Positions 35,832 to 45,187 of a stretch of 63,190 bases of DNA are shown one piece after another. The notes under the pieces were generated by a model. That model saw only the letters and a list, made by a program, of their open reading frames with translations, ran no database searches and had not been told where the DNA came from. This stretch comes from Alphaproteobacteria bacterium (GTDB lineage: Bacteria > Pseudomonadota > Alphaproteobacteria > CAAHEQ01 > UBA3637), in NCBI GenBank assembly GCA_051885475.1, contig JBJEXE010000066.1:1-63190 (forward strand), written 5' to 3'. Numbering within the stretch: the stretch's first letter is position 1; every line of letters begins with the position of its first letter. A program made the position numbers and the translations under genes.

Positions 35832-36713
35832 ATGAGCAGAATATCAAAGGCAATTTTATGGGTTGTTTGTTATGGAGGCGCTTGTTGGATTGGGATAAAA
35901 GCCAAATTGGGCTTTGACATTTTATCCACAAGCCACTGGTCAATGTTGTTTGACAAATCCGTTCATTCAATATGGCCCCCTGAAATGGCTTCCAAAAAGG
36001 TCGTTTGCAAAGTTTCATTAGCTTTCATTATCGTTGGCATTTTGGGTTTATCCGTCGTTATCAAGAAAAAGAAGCCACGCATCCCCATCGTAAAAGGAGA
36101 ACTGCCGGAAAAAGGAAGTATGCGCCCTGCCCTCATGCCATCTCAAGGAAAGATGAATGTTGGGCCGACACCGACACAAATTGCCGCCACAGGCTCTGCT
36201 CCTGCTCCCAGCGCCAATTCAATGGCAGAAGTACTTCGTCAAATAACCGAAATTGCCAAAACTTTTGAAGTCAGTGTTTTTCCCCATGTTAAATTAGAAA
36301 ATACATTTACACAGCTGGTTGTTTCAGATGATGCAACAGCTTTATTGTTAAAAATTCTGCCTCAGTCAGCTATGTGGCAAGTAGAACAAGCTGCAACAGC
36401 TGAAGAAAGTTTGTGGAAAATTGAAGGAGAAGAAGCAAAGCCACTCCTTAAAGAAATTATGCAAAGTACAGCTATTTTGTCGCGATTGGAGCCGGAAGCA
36501 ACCAGCATCAGTGTCATCATTTTAGCGGGGGGAACTTTGCAAAATCCCGCTGAAGTCAGACAATATCTGGGGCAGCAGGGTATCAGAATTGCCTCTTTAC
36601 AAGAAGGCAGTATGCCGGATATTCCGTCTTGGCGAGAGTTGTTGGCTGAGTTTTATCCATTGAAAGAAAGTGAGGAACAAAATGAAACAAACATTGATTC
36701 ACAAAGCCTATAA
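35832..36713 (+). CDS. hypothetical membrane protein
   Basis: 293 aa. Two N-terminal TM helices (ILWVVCYGGACWIGI; VSLAFIIVGILGLSVVI) are followed by a soluble domain with no recognised motif. Confidence 0.45.
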   Translation: MSRISKAILWVVCYGGACWIGIKAKLGFDILSTSHWSMLFDKSVHSIWPPEMASKKVVCKVSLAFIIVGILGLSVVIKKKKPRIPIVKGELPEKGSMRPALMPSQGKMNVGPTPTQIAATGSAPAPSANSMAEVLRQITEIAKTFEVSVFPHVKLENTFTQLVVSDDATALLLKILPQSAMWQVEQAATAEESLWKIEGEEAKPLLKEIMQSTAILSRLEPEATSISVIILAGGTLQNPAEVRQYLGQQGIRIASLQEGSMPDIPSWRELLAEFYPLKESEEQNETNIDSQSL

Positions 36714-37155
36714 AATCATTGCAGGACTGGGGCCTGTCGGCAATTTACCGGCCAGCGGAACATGGGGATCCTTGGCCGCTTTACCTTTTGCGTGGCTTTT
36801 AAGAGGAAGTCCTTTCTTGCCGTTATTGGTCATTTTATCCTTTATTATCGGTGTATTAGCCATCCGCCCCTTGATTGAAGGAAAACAAGAAAAAGACCCA
36901 AGTTTTGTTATTATTGATGAATTTATGGGACAGTTGGCCGTTTTTTGCCTGATTCCAAAAGAGTGTATGAGCCCTTTGATTTTGATTTTCGGCTTTTTAT
37001 TCTTCAGGCTTTTTGACATTTTAAAGCCGTGGCCGGCCAGCTTCTTTGACCGAAAGGTCCACACCGGTTTTGGTGTCATGATGGATGATTTTGCTGCCGC
37101 TATTTATGCAATGATTTCTCTTGCTTTGATGATGGCAATCAGCTATACTATTTAA
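36682..37155 (+). CDS. pgpA: phosphatidylglycerophosphatase A
   Basis: GTWGSLAALP, IDEFMGQ, FRLFDILKPWP and GFGVMMDD motifs. Confidence 0.85.
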   Translation: MKQTLIHKAYKIIAGLGPVGNLPASGTWGSLAALPFAWLLRGSPFLPLLVILSFIIGVLAIRPLIEGKQEKDPSFVIIDEFMGQLAVFCLIPKECMSPLILIFGFLFFRLFDILKPWPASFFDRKVHTGFGVMMDDFAAAIYAMISLALMMAISYTI

Positions 37156-37183
37156 GAACAACAACTAACCGAAAGGAAAAAAA

Positions 37184-37408
37184 ATGGATATCAATCATTT
37201 TAAACATATTGCCGAACTGTATGCCGCCGCAAAAGGATATGAGTTGACTCCGTTTGCCGACAAAATTATGAACCGTTGTCTGAATGCCTGCAACGGATGC
37301 TGTCCCTGTGATACTTCAAGAGGCTTTTGCCCGTGCAAAGAACACGTAAAAGAAATTGAAGAAATGGGACATTGCCACTGCAATTTATTCAAGAAAAAAG
37401 AAGGCTGA
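37184..37408 (+). CDS. ferredoxin:thioredoxin reductase catalytic-subunit-like mini protein
   Basis: 74 aa containing CPC-x6-CPC-x13-CHCNLF. It matches the CPC/CPC/CHC(M/N)LF signature of FTR catalytic chains, but with atypical spacing. Confidence 0.5.
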   Translation: MDINHFKHIAELYAAAKGYELTPFADKIMNRCLNACNGCCPCDTSRGFCPCKEHVKEIEEMGHCHCNLFKKKEG

Positions 37409-37412
37409 TTCT

Positions 37413-38213
37413 TTATTTCCAATACGTTTCAATCCACGGTGTCGGACGGCAATGTTTATAAAGTCGTTTGATACCGCGGGGGTATTTAGGATTGGAAGAA
37501 TCTGAGCACCAAATACCGTTGATTGCTTCGGAAATACCCGGACAACCGTGAAAGGCAATCATTTTTAAGCCCTTTAGTTTGGGCATTTTCGCATCAAAAA
37601 ACCAACGAAAAATACCAACCGGCAAGCAATGAAAACGATAGCTTTTAAACCAATCATCCGGCCAAAAATTCAAAGCGCTGTATTTTTCAATGACTTTGGC
37701 GGAAAGGTATTCTTGGGAGGCCGTGTAAAATTTGTCCACAACTTCCTTTGGATGTTCTTCAAAATACTTTTTCACATACCCCAAAGTCCCGACAACAAAC
37801 GAATAGCAACTGGCTTGTCCGACTTTGTTTTTCTTTTTACCGTGTCTGGAATTCCAATCATTGATAATATAAAACTTATCCCCTTCGGGGTAATCAAAAA
37901 ATTCATCCAAATTCCCCACAATCAGGGAATCTAAATCAAAGAAAAAGACGCGTTGTCCGTTTAAACCGCCCAAGTTATCATCACACAGGCCTGCTTCTTT
38001 ACAATAAGCGTATTTGTTATCTTCGGGCGCCACATTCAAATGGGTCATCGGTTTGACAATAATTTCTGCATCCAAGCCTTCGGCATTATCCGTGAAGCAA
38101 TAAAAATCCACCGCATAATTTGTATTCCGTTTAATGGAATGGTAAAGTTTATTCACATCCCCCGCAGGATATGCTGTTCCCCATTTGATACAAATAACAT
38201 TAAATTTTTTCAT
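37413..38213 (-). CDS. putative glycosyltransferase-like protein (GT-A/DxD), otherwise hypothetical
   Basis: 266 aa. N-terminal VICIKWGTAY..VNKLY..FYCFTD and FFFDLDSLIVGNLDEFF (a DxD-like motif). The assignment is weak. Confidence 0.35.
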   Translation of the reverse strand: MKKFNVICIKWGTAYPAGDVNKLYHSIKRNTNYAVDFYCFTDNAEGLDAEIIVKPMTHLNVAPEDNKYAYCKEAGLCDDNLGGLNGQRVFFFDLDSLIVGNLDEFFDYPEGDKFYIINDWNSRHGKKKNKVGQASCYSFVVGTLGYVKKYFEEHPKEVVDKFYTASQEYLSAKVIEKYSALNFWPDDWFKSYRFHCLPVGIFRWFFDAKMPKLKGLKMIAFHGCPGISEAINGIWCSDSSNPKYPRGIKRLYKHCRPTPWIETYWK

Positions 38214-38259
38214 AAGACCTCCTTGCTTTCAGGCAGGTTAACAAAAATCAACCGACTTG

Positions 38260-38778
38260 TCAAGTTTGATTCTTATGTTGTAATAATTTAATACCGATTT
38301 CCAATGTTTTTTGGCGCAATGATTCATCAGAGATGGCATTGACCTTATCCAAAAGCGGTTTCAATTCATCTTCCGAAAGAGGCCATTCCGGTTCGGATTC
38401 CTGTATCAAAGGCAAATGGACACCTCCTTGCTCTATTTTTAAACCGGAAACAGCGGGGTAGCCGAAATAGGTATTGACCTTTTCTATAATGCGGCCCTTT
38501 TGGTGTTCCAATAAAAGTGCAAAAGCCCCCCCTGCCGTGCGCACATACAAGGTGCCGTTCATTCTGTCTTTTGCCGGAAAAGTCAGTTTAACAGGCTTCA
38601 CCCCCAAGGCCAATTCTTGCCCCATAATCTCAGACCAATGCGTAATCAGCTCCACCTGAGAAAAACCGTGTTGCCCCAAAAGCGGACGCGCCAATTTTTG
38701 AACTTCTCGTGTCAGATTAGAAAGGCCCTCATAATTACGCGAACGCGGACTTTGCACAAACTCACATTTTTCGGTCAT
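38260..38778 (-). CDS. DUF721 / DciA-like protein
   Basis: [51 protein letters not shown] matches the DUF721 pattern. The start is taken at MTEKC. Confidence 0.65.
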   Translation of the reverse strand: MTEKCEFVQSPRSRNYEGLSNLTREVQKLARPLLGQHGFSQVELITHWSEIMGQELALGVKPVKLTFPAKDRMNGTLYVRTAGGAFALLLEHQKGRIIEKVNTYFGYPAVSGLKIEQGGVHLPLIQESEPEWPLSEDELKPLLDKVNAISDESLRQKTLEIGIKLLQHKNQT

Positions 38779-39883
38779 CTTTATATTTTTCCTGAAAAGC
38801 AGCCACAAAATCAGCCATTGTATCCGAGGCAATCGCAGCACGGATTTGGGCCATTAAATTTTGATAAAAGTGAATATTATGCTCGGTCAGCAGCATTGCC
38901 CCCAAAATTTCACCGCAACGAAACAGATGATGCAAATAACCACGCGTGTAATTTTGACAAGCTGGACACGTGCATTCGCCGTCCAAGGGAGCGTGATCAT
39001 CCTGATAACAAGAATTTCGAATATTCAAAACACCCCCACTGGTAAACGCTTGGCCCGTGCGTCCAGAACGCGACGGCATCACGCAATCAAACATATCTAT
39101 CCCGCGGGCCACAGACCCCACAATATCACTGGGGCGACCAACACCCATTAAATAACGGGGTTTATCCTCTGGCAATGCTGGAACAGTATAATCCAATACT
39201 TCAAACATTTTTTCTTGGCCTTCCCCGACGGCCAATCCCCCCACGGCGTAGCCATCAAAACCAATCTTTTTTAAAGCCTCCACGGATTCAAGACGCAGCT
39301 TTTTTATCATTTCCCCTTGTACAATACCAAACAAACCATAGCCATCGCGGTCTTGAAAAGCCTGTTTGGAGCGGGCTGCCCAGCGCATAGACCGGCGCAT
39401 AGAGTCAACCACTTTTTTTTCAGGCGAAGGATACGGTAAACATTCATCAAAAGCCATTGAGATATCTGCATCCAACAAATGTTGAATTTCAATGGAGCGT
39501 TCCGGTGTGAGCTCAAATTTTTCCCCAGATAAATGGGATTGAAACGTGACTCCTTTTTCGGTGATTTTACGAAGCCCAGAAAGACTCATCACCTGAAAAC
39601 CGCCACTGTCAGTCAAAATAGGACCAGACCAATTCATAAATTGATGAAGTCCCCCAAAGGATGCCACACGCTCGGGTGTCGGACGCAACATTAAATGATA
39701 GGTATTTCCCAAAATAATACGCGTGCCGGTGCGCCGAAGGGCCTCAACAGACATGGCTTTAACCGTTCCAGCCGTTCCCACAGCCATAAAGGTAGGCAAA
39801 TCCACCGTTCCATGGGCCGTTTGCAATTGGCTGAGCCGTGCCTTTCCGGAAGTTTTAATTTTTTTAAATTTTAACATGGACAA
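38762..39883 (-). CDS. tgt: queuine tRNA-ribosyltransferase
   Basis: [26 protein letters not shown] and the CxCxxC..H zinc site ([16 protein letters not shown]). Confidence 0.95.
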   Translation of the reverse strand: MSMLKFKKIKTSGKARLSQLQTAHGTVDLPTFMAVGTAGTVKAMSVEALRRTGTRIILGNTYHLMLRPTPERVASFGGLHQFMNWSGPILTDSGGFQVMSLSGLRKITEKGVTFQSHLSGEKFELTPERSIEIQHLLDADISMAFDECLPYPSPEKKVVDSMRRSMRWAARSKQAFQDRDGYGLFGIVQGEMIKKLRLESVEALKKIGFDGYAVGGLAVGEGQEKMFEVLDYTVPALPEDKPRYLMGVGRPSDIVGSVARGIDMFDCVMPSRSGRTGQAFTSGGVLNIRNSCYQDDHAPLDGECTCPACQNYTRGYLHHLFRCGEILGAMLLTEHNIHFYQNLMAQIRAAIASDTMADFVAAFQEKYKDDRKM

Positions 39884-39945
39884 ATCTTTCTTTCTGTGCT
39901 AAAATACCTGCTATTGATTATATCATAAAAAAAAGGATAATTCAA

Positions 39946-40752
39946 ATGGAAAACCTAAATCCCGTCGATCAAGAAGAAATACCAAAAGAGCGGCAGGCAA
40001 AAATTGAAAAGCTGAACAAGCAGTTGGAAAAACAAAGTCAAAAAGAAAAATCCGGCTGGTTCGGATTGATGATGGCGGTGTTGGCTGCCTTGGCCATTCG
40101 TTCATTGGCCTTTGAGCCTTATCATATTCCGTCCAGTTCTATGGTCCCAACTCTTTTAATCGGGGATTATTTATTCATTACCAAATTTGATTACGGCTAT
40201 TCACGGCATTCCTTCCCATTTTCATTACCACTGATTCCCACCGGACGTGTCTTTTATGTTCAACCGGAACGCGGCGACGTGGTTATTTTTAAAAAACCGC
40301 CAGAAAATAAAATAGATTATATTAAACGGGTCATCGGTGTGCCGGGGGATACCATACAGTTAAGAAACGGACGGCTTTACATCAACGGTCAATTGGTCCC
40401 GCGCAAAGATCAAGGTCAGGAGTATTGGGATACCGAAGCCGGTCGTCAACTTTACACACGTTATACCGAAACTTTGCCAAACGGTGTTGTGCATGATATT
40501 TATGAATTGACGGATAATAATATCTATGATGAAACAGACCCCGTTTTTATTCCCGAAAACCACTTCTTTATGATGGGTGATAACCGGGATAATTCCTTGG
40601 ATAGCCGTTATTTTGGATTGGTCCCCGCCGAAAATTTGGAAGGTAAAGCAAGGCTGATTTTTTATTCCACCAACGGCGATGGTTGGTTCTTCCAATTTTG
40701 GAGATGGAGCCAATTTTTAAGATTAGAGCGCTTCTTTACCGATATAAAATAA
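39946..40752 (+). CDS. lepB: signal peptidase I
   Basis: SSSMVPTL (catalytic Ser), KRVIG.PGD and GDNRDNSLDSRY boxes. Confidence 0.92.
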   Translation: MENLNPVDQEEIPKERQAKIEKLNKQLEKQSQKEKSGWFGLMMAVLAALAIRSLAFEPYHIPSSSMVPTLLIGDYLFITKFDYGYSRHSFPFSLPLIPTGRVFYVQPERGDVVIFKKPPENKIDYIKRVIGVPGDTIQLRNGRLYINGQLVPRKDQGQEYWDTEAGRQLYTRYTETLPNGVVHDIYELTDNNIYDETDPVFIPENHFFMMGDNRDNSLDSRYFGLVPAENLEGKARLIFYSTNGDGWFFQFWRWSQFLRLERFFTDIK

Positions 40753-40765
40753 AAGGACAATAAAA

Positions 40766-41416
40766 ATGGAAAAAGTAGCAGAAACATTAAGAAATAAGTT
40801 TAATCATCCCGAATTGTTTGATTTGGCAATTCAGGTCGCCAAAGAAGGTCAAAAAGCCGGCTATGAACGGTTGGAATTTTTGGGCGACCGAGTGGTGGGG
40901 TTAGTCGTATCGGAAATGCTGTATACCAACTTCCCAAACGAAGCCGAAGGAGATTTAGCCAAACGTTTTGTTGTATTAGTTTGCGCAAAAACATTGGCAA
41001 AAATCGCCACTTTATGGGGGTTGGACGAAATCATCAAAAAGGAAAATAAGCAGCTGCGTCATAACAAAAATACTTTGGCAGATATGTGCGAAGCGATTAT
41101 GGGCGCCCTTTATTTGGACTGTGGTTTGGAAGCCGTCAAAGAAATAATGCGTCCGACGTGGGAGCCGTTGATGATGTCTTATGAACACGCACCACAAGAT
41201 TATAAATCCAAATTACAAGAATGGACACAAAAAAACTTCCAAGTCTTACCGGTTTATCAGTTATTAGAAAAAACCGGATTAGCTCATATGCCGGAATTTA
41301 CCGTTTCCGTGGATGCTGGCCCTTATCATAAACTGGCGAAGGGAAGCTCCATCAAGCAAGCAGAACAAACCGCCGCCGAACAAGTTTTAATGGAAATCAA
41401 TGCAGCCCTTATCTAA
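40766..41416 (+). CDS. rnc: ribonuclease III
   Basis: ERLEFLGD signature plus a C-terminal dsRBD. Confidence 0.92.
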   Translation: MEKVAETLRNKFNHPELFDLAIQVAKEGQKAGYERLEFLGDRVVGLVVSEMLYTNFPNEAEGDLAKRFVVLVCAKTLAKIATLWGLDEIIKKENKQLRHNKNTLADMCEAIMGALYLDCGLEAVKEIMRPTWEPLMMSYEHAPQDYKSKLQEWTQKNFQVLPVYQLLEKTGLAHMPEFTVSVDAGPYHKLAKGSSIKQAEQTAAEQVLMEINAALI

Positions 41417-42299
41417 ACATTTTGCTTTTGTTGCTATCCTGGGCCCTTCTAATGTGGGCAAATCCACTTTGGTCAATCGTTTGGTGGGACAAAAGGTCAG
41501 CATCGTTTCACCCAAAGTGCAAACAACACGTTCCAGAATACGTGCTTTAATCAATGAGGGCGAAACACAATTAGCCATCGTGGATACACCGGGCATTTTT
41601 GCCCCCCACAGGCGTTTAGATCGGGCAATGGTAGATTCCGCTTGGCGCGGAGCAGATGAATCAGACAAATGTTTATTAGTGTTAGATGCCCAAAAAGGAA
41701 TCAGAGAAGAAGAAGATAAAATTATTAAAAAGTTGCAAAAAAACAAAGTTTCTTTTTGGATTGCCGTCAATAAAATAGATGCTGTTAAACCCGAAAAAAT
41801 AATGCCTTTGTTGGAAAAAATAAATCTTTTAAAGGGGGTAGAAAATGTCTTTTGTATTTCGGCGTTGAATGGCGAAAAAGTCCAAGAACTGAAAGCCGCT
41901 TTGTTAAAGTCGGCGCCCATCGGAGACTGGATGTTCCCTGAAGGAATTGTTTCCGATTTACCGGAAAGTTTGTTTTGTGCCGAAATCACACGGGAAAAAT
42001 TATTTATGTATTTAAGGCAAGAGCTGCCCTATCAACTGACCGTTGAAACAACCCATTTCAAACGCGGAAAAAACGGCTTGACGGTGGAGCAAAATATCAT
42101 TGTTTCCAAAATGGCACATCGGCCCATTATCTTGGGGAATAAAGGAGCAACAATCAAAAAAATCGGAGAAACGGCACGCAAAGAAATGATGCGTCAATTG
42201 GGATGCCCCGTGCGTTTATTCTTATTTGTTCAGGTAAAGGGAAATTGGGCAGAAGACAAAACCCGTTTTCAAACTTGGGGATTGGATTTTAATGCCTGA
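41400..42299 (+). CDS. era: GTPase Era
   Basis: G1 GPSNVGKST, G3 DTPG, G4 NKID and a KH domain at the C-terminus. Confidence 0.92.
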   Translation: MQPLSKHFAFVAILGPSNVGKSTLVNRLVGQKVSIVSPKVQTTRSRIRALINEGETQLAIVDTPGIFAPHRRLDRAMVDSAWRGADESDKCLLVLDAQKGIREEEDKIIKKLQKNKVSFWIAVNKIDAVKPEKIMPLLEKINLLKGVENVFCISALNGEKVQELKAALLKSAPIGDWMFPEGIVSDLPESLFCAEITREKLFMYLRQELPYQLTVETTHFKRGKNGLTVEQNIIVSKMAHRPIILGNKGATIKKIGETARKEMMRQLGCPVRLFLFVQVKGNWAEDKTRFQTWGLDFNA

Positions 42300-42969
42300 A
42301 TTCAAAACAGATAAAGCAATTGTTTTAGGGGCAAAGGCATTGGGGGAAAATGCCTTTGTTTTATCTTTATTGACCCAAGAAAACGGGCGGCATTTGGGCG
42401 TCATCAAACGTAAAATTCCCCCTGAAATCGGAGATATTGTCAGTGCCAGATGGTCAGCACGTCTCCCCGAACAACTGGGGACTTTTTACATTGAAAGTCT
42501 GCATACGACGGCGGCCCCTTTTTTAGATGATATAAAACGACTGAATTGTTTGTCTTGCTTATGCGAAGTGCTTAATAATACTTTACCAGAACGCCAATCT
42601 TTTAAAAAAATATATGAAGAAGTTTTTTTATTTTTAAATCACTTATCTGATGAAAATTATCTGATACATTATATTTTTTTGGAAATGGATTTGTTGGCTG
42701 CTTTGGGCTTTGGATTAGATTTATCCGAATGTGCCGGCGGCGGTGATAAAAACGATTTAGCCTATGTTTCCCCCAAAACAGGACGTGCGGTCAGCCGCGA
42801 AAAGGGGCTCCCCTATCACAAGCAACTTCTTCCCCTGCCCCGCTTTTTATGGCAACCGGCTATCCCCACACAACAAGATCTTCAAAATGCACTTTTTTTA
42901 ACAGGATATTTTTTACGTCAGCACACTGTTCACGGCATTTTACCGCGCAATCGCGAATTTTTAAAATAA
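42292..42969 (+). CDS. recO: DNA repair protein RecO
   Basis: N-terminal OB pattern (AIVLGAKALGENAFVLSLLTQENGRHLGVIK) and position after era. Confidence 0.75.
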   Translation: MPEFKTDKAIVLGAKALGENAFVLSLLTQENGRHLGVIKRKIPPEIGDIVSARWSARLPEQLGTFYIESLHTTAAPFLDDIKRLNCLSCLCEVLNNTLPERQSFKKIYEEVFLFLNHLSDENYLIHYIFLEMDLLAALGFGLDLSECAGGGDKNDLAYVSPKTGRAVSREKGLPYHKQLLPLPRFLWQPAIPTQQDLQNALFLTGYFLRQHTVHGILPRNREFLK

Positions 42970-42972
42970 CCC

Positions 42973-43002
42973 TTGACGAAGCGAAAAAATTTGAATTATA
43001 AT
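42973..43002 (+). promoter_or_regulatory. sigma70-like promoter upstream of the Cys/His-rich ORF and xseB-ispA
   Basis: TTGACG, 18 nt, TATAAT. An AAGGAG RBS lies before the ATG at 43022. Confidence 0.45.
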
Positions 43003-43021
43003 AGAAAAAAAGGAGAAAAAA

Positions 43022-43438
43022 ATGACATCAGATAAATCCATTCAATTAGCCCATCATTTACACCATTTGGAGGAAATGTTAGAAGTGGCGGAAAATCCAA
43101 AATTGTTATTGGAAGAAATGCAAATTTTGGGCCAAAAAGCCTTTAACTTACAGGAAAAAATGGAAGCATTATTAAATGAATTGGAAGCAGAAACACAAGA
43201 AGTTTCTGCCGTTCAAACCATTTTTGAAACACGTGAAAAAATGTGGGATATGATGAATCAGTTGGCTTTAGCAGAATTAAAATTAAAAGAAAAAACGCTC
43301 ACAAAAAAATGTCCGAAATGCCCCCCTTCAAAAGAAGAGCATCAGAAGTGTTGCTGCTCTCACGAGCATGGGGAAAAATGTTGCCACCACGAACAAAAAT
43401 GTTGTCAAGGAAAGGGAAAAAAATGTCAGAAAAAGTGA
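43022..43438 (+). CDS. hypothetical coiled-coil protein with Cys/His-rich C-terminal tail
   Basis: 138 aa. The tail is KKCPKCPPSKEEHQKCCCSHEHGEKCCHHEQKCCQGKGKKCQKK. Its last 16 nt overlap the xseB start. Confidence 0.5.
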   Translation: MTSDKSIQLAHHLHHLEEMLEVAENPKLLLEEMQILGQKAFNLQEKMEALLNELEAETQEVSAVQTIFETREKMWDMMNQLALAELKLKEKTLTKKCPKCPPSKEEHQKCCCSHEHGEKCCHHEQKCCQGKGKKCQKK

Positions 43439-43671
43439 AAGATATTTCCTTTGAAGAAGCTCTGAAAGAATTGGAATCCATTGTCCAAAAATTGGAATCC
43501 GGACAGGTCAAATTGGAAGAAGCCGTGAGCGCCTATGAAAAAGGGGTTCAAATGCAAAAAATTTGCGAAGAAAAATTAAAAGAGGCTCAAATGCGTGTAG
43601 AAAAATTGATTTTGGACAAAAATGGAACACCCCTCGGAAAGGAACCTTTGGATGCAACAACTGAAAAATAA
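43423..43671 (+). CDS. xseB: exodeoxyribonuclease VII small subunit
   Basis: MSEKVKDISFEEALKELESIVQKLESGQVKLEEAVSAYEKG is the canonical XseB N-terminus. The longer track ORF (from 43243) is an upstream out-of-context extension. Confidence 0.85.
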   Translation: MSEKVKDISFEEALKELESIVQKLESGQVKLEEAVSAYEKGVQMQKICEEKLKEAQMRVEKLILDKNGTPLGKEPLDATTEK

Positions 43672-44539
43672 ATTAGCTGAAACACGTTTATTATTGGATA
43701 AATCATTTGACCAGCACCTGACTTTACCGGAAGGAAAAGAAAGACGTTTGGTTGAGGCGATGCGTTATTCTGCCATTGGCGGGGGAAAGGCTTTCCGCGC
43801 CTTTTTAGTTTTAACCGTTGGGCAAATGTTAGGTTTAAAGGAAAAAAGCGCTTTGCAAATTGCAACAGCTTTGGAAATGGTGCACACCTTTTCATTGATT
43901 CACGATGATTTACCGGCAATGGATAACGACACGATGCGTCGCGGCAAACCAACAAACCATATTCAATTTGATGAAGCAACAGCCGTTTTAGCCGGAGATG
44001 CATTGTTGGCCAATGCCTTTGAAGTTTTAAGTGGTTCTGAAACAGATTTAGAGAGTGATGTGCGTTGCGAGTTGGTTCACTTTTTGGCGCAAATGACCGG
44101 AAAATCCGGAATGTGTGGCGGACAAATGTTGGACTTAATTGGTGAAAAAGAGGCTTTACAGTTAGAAGAAATAACACGCTTACAAACATTAAAAACAGGG
44201 GCTTTATTGCGTTTTGCGGTTTTGGCACCGGCCATAGCCGTAAAGGCAGATGAAAAAATTAAAAAAGCGTTGGAAAAATATGCTGCCTGCATCGGATTGA
44301 TGTTTCAGATGAGCGATGATATTTTAGACATTGAAGGCGATGAACAATTGATGGGCAAAACTTTGGGAAAAGATAAAACCGAAAAGAAATCCACTTTTGT
44401 CACTTTAATGGGCTTGGAAGCAACCCGCCAAAAAGCAGAAGAATTGGGAGAAGAAGCCAAAGCTGCTCTTCTGTCCTTTGGTGCAAAAGCTGACCTTTTA
44501 AGGGACGCTTCTGACTTTATTTTGAAAAGGAAAAACTAA
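43652..44539 (+). CDS. ispA: farnesyl/geranyl diphosphate synthase
   Basis: FARM motif LIHDDLPAMDND and SARM motif DDILD. It follows xseB, as in many bacteria. Confidence 0.9.
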   Translation: MQQLKNKLAETRLLLDKSFDQHLTLPEGKERRLVEAMRYSAIGGGKAFRAFLVLTVGQMLGLKEKSALQIATALEMVHTFSLIHDDLPAMDNDTMRRGKPTNHIQFDEATAVLAGDALLANAFEVLSGSETDLESDVRCELVHFLAQMTGKSGMCGGQMLDLIGEKEALQLEEITRLQTLKTGALLRFAVLAPAIAVKADEKIKKALEKYAACIGLMFQMSDDILDIEGDEQLMGKTLGKDKTEKKSTFVTLMGLEATRQKAEELGEEAKAALLSFGAKADLLRDASDFILKRKN

Positions 44540-45187
44540 ATGGCATTATTAAATAAAAAAGAGGTGGAACAATTTTGTGCAGCTTTACACGATTTGCACC
44601 CGGAACCAAAATGTGAATTAGTATGGGAAAATCAGTGGCAGTTGATTATGGCAATCATCTTATCGGCTCAATCCACCGATAAAAATGTGAACCGTGTGAC
44701 GCCCGAATTATTCAAGGCTGTTCCTTCCCCGCAAAAAGCCGTTGAATTGGGGGAAGACGGCGTGCGTCCCTTTGTGAAATCCATCAATTACTTTAACAAT
44801 AAAACACGTTCTATTGTCAGCTTGGCTCAAAAATTGCTAACAGACTTTAATGGGGAACTGCCAACCGATTTTGATACACTGATAACCTTGCCCGGGATTG
44901 GACGAAAAACAGCCAGTGTTTTTTTAAATGTTGCCTATCATAAGCCTTTTATCGGGGTGGATACGCACGTCTTTCGGTTGGCTCACCGGTTGAAATTATG
45001 CACGGGGAAAACACCGGCTGAAGTGCAAGAAAAGCTGGAAAAAATTATCCCGGAAAAATATAAGCCAGATTTTGCATTGGCTTTGGTTTTGGTGGGACGT
45101 TATATTTGTCAGGCAAGAAAGCCAAAATGCCAAGAATGCCCCTTGTGGGATATCTGCCAGGCAGACGAAAAGGAAAAAAGAAAATGA
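44540..45187 (+). CDS. nth: endonuclease III
   Basis: HhH-GPD region (LPGIGRKTA) and [4Fe-4S] cluster loop Cx6CxxCxxxxxC (CQARKPKCQECPLWDIC). Confidence 0.92.
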   Translation: MALLNKKEVEQFCAALHDLHPEPKCELVWENQWQLIMAIILSAQSTDKNVNRVTPELFKAVPSPQKAVELGEDGVRPFVKSINYFNNKTRSIVSLAQKLLTDFNGELPTDFDTLITLPGIGRKTASVFLNVAYHKPFIGVDTHVFRLAHRLKLCTGKTPAEVQEKLEKIIPEKYKPDFALALVLVGRYICQARKPKCQECPLWDICQADEKEKRK

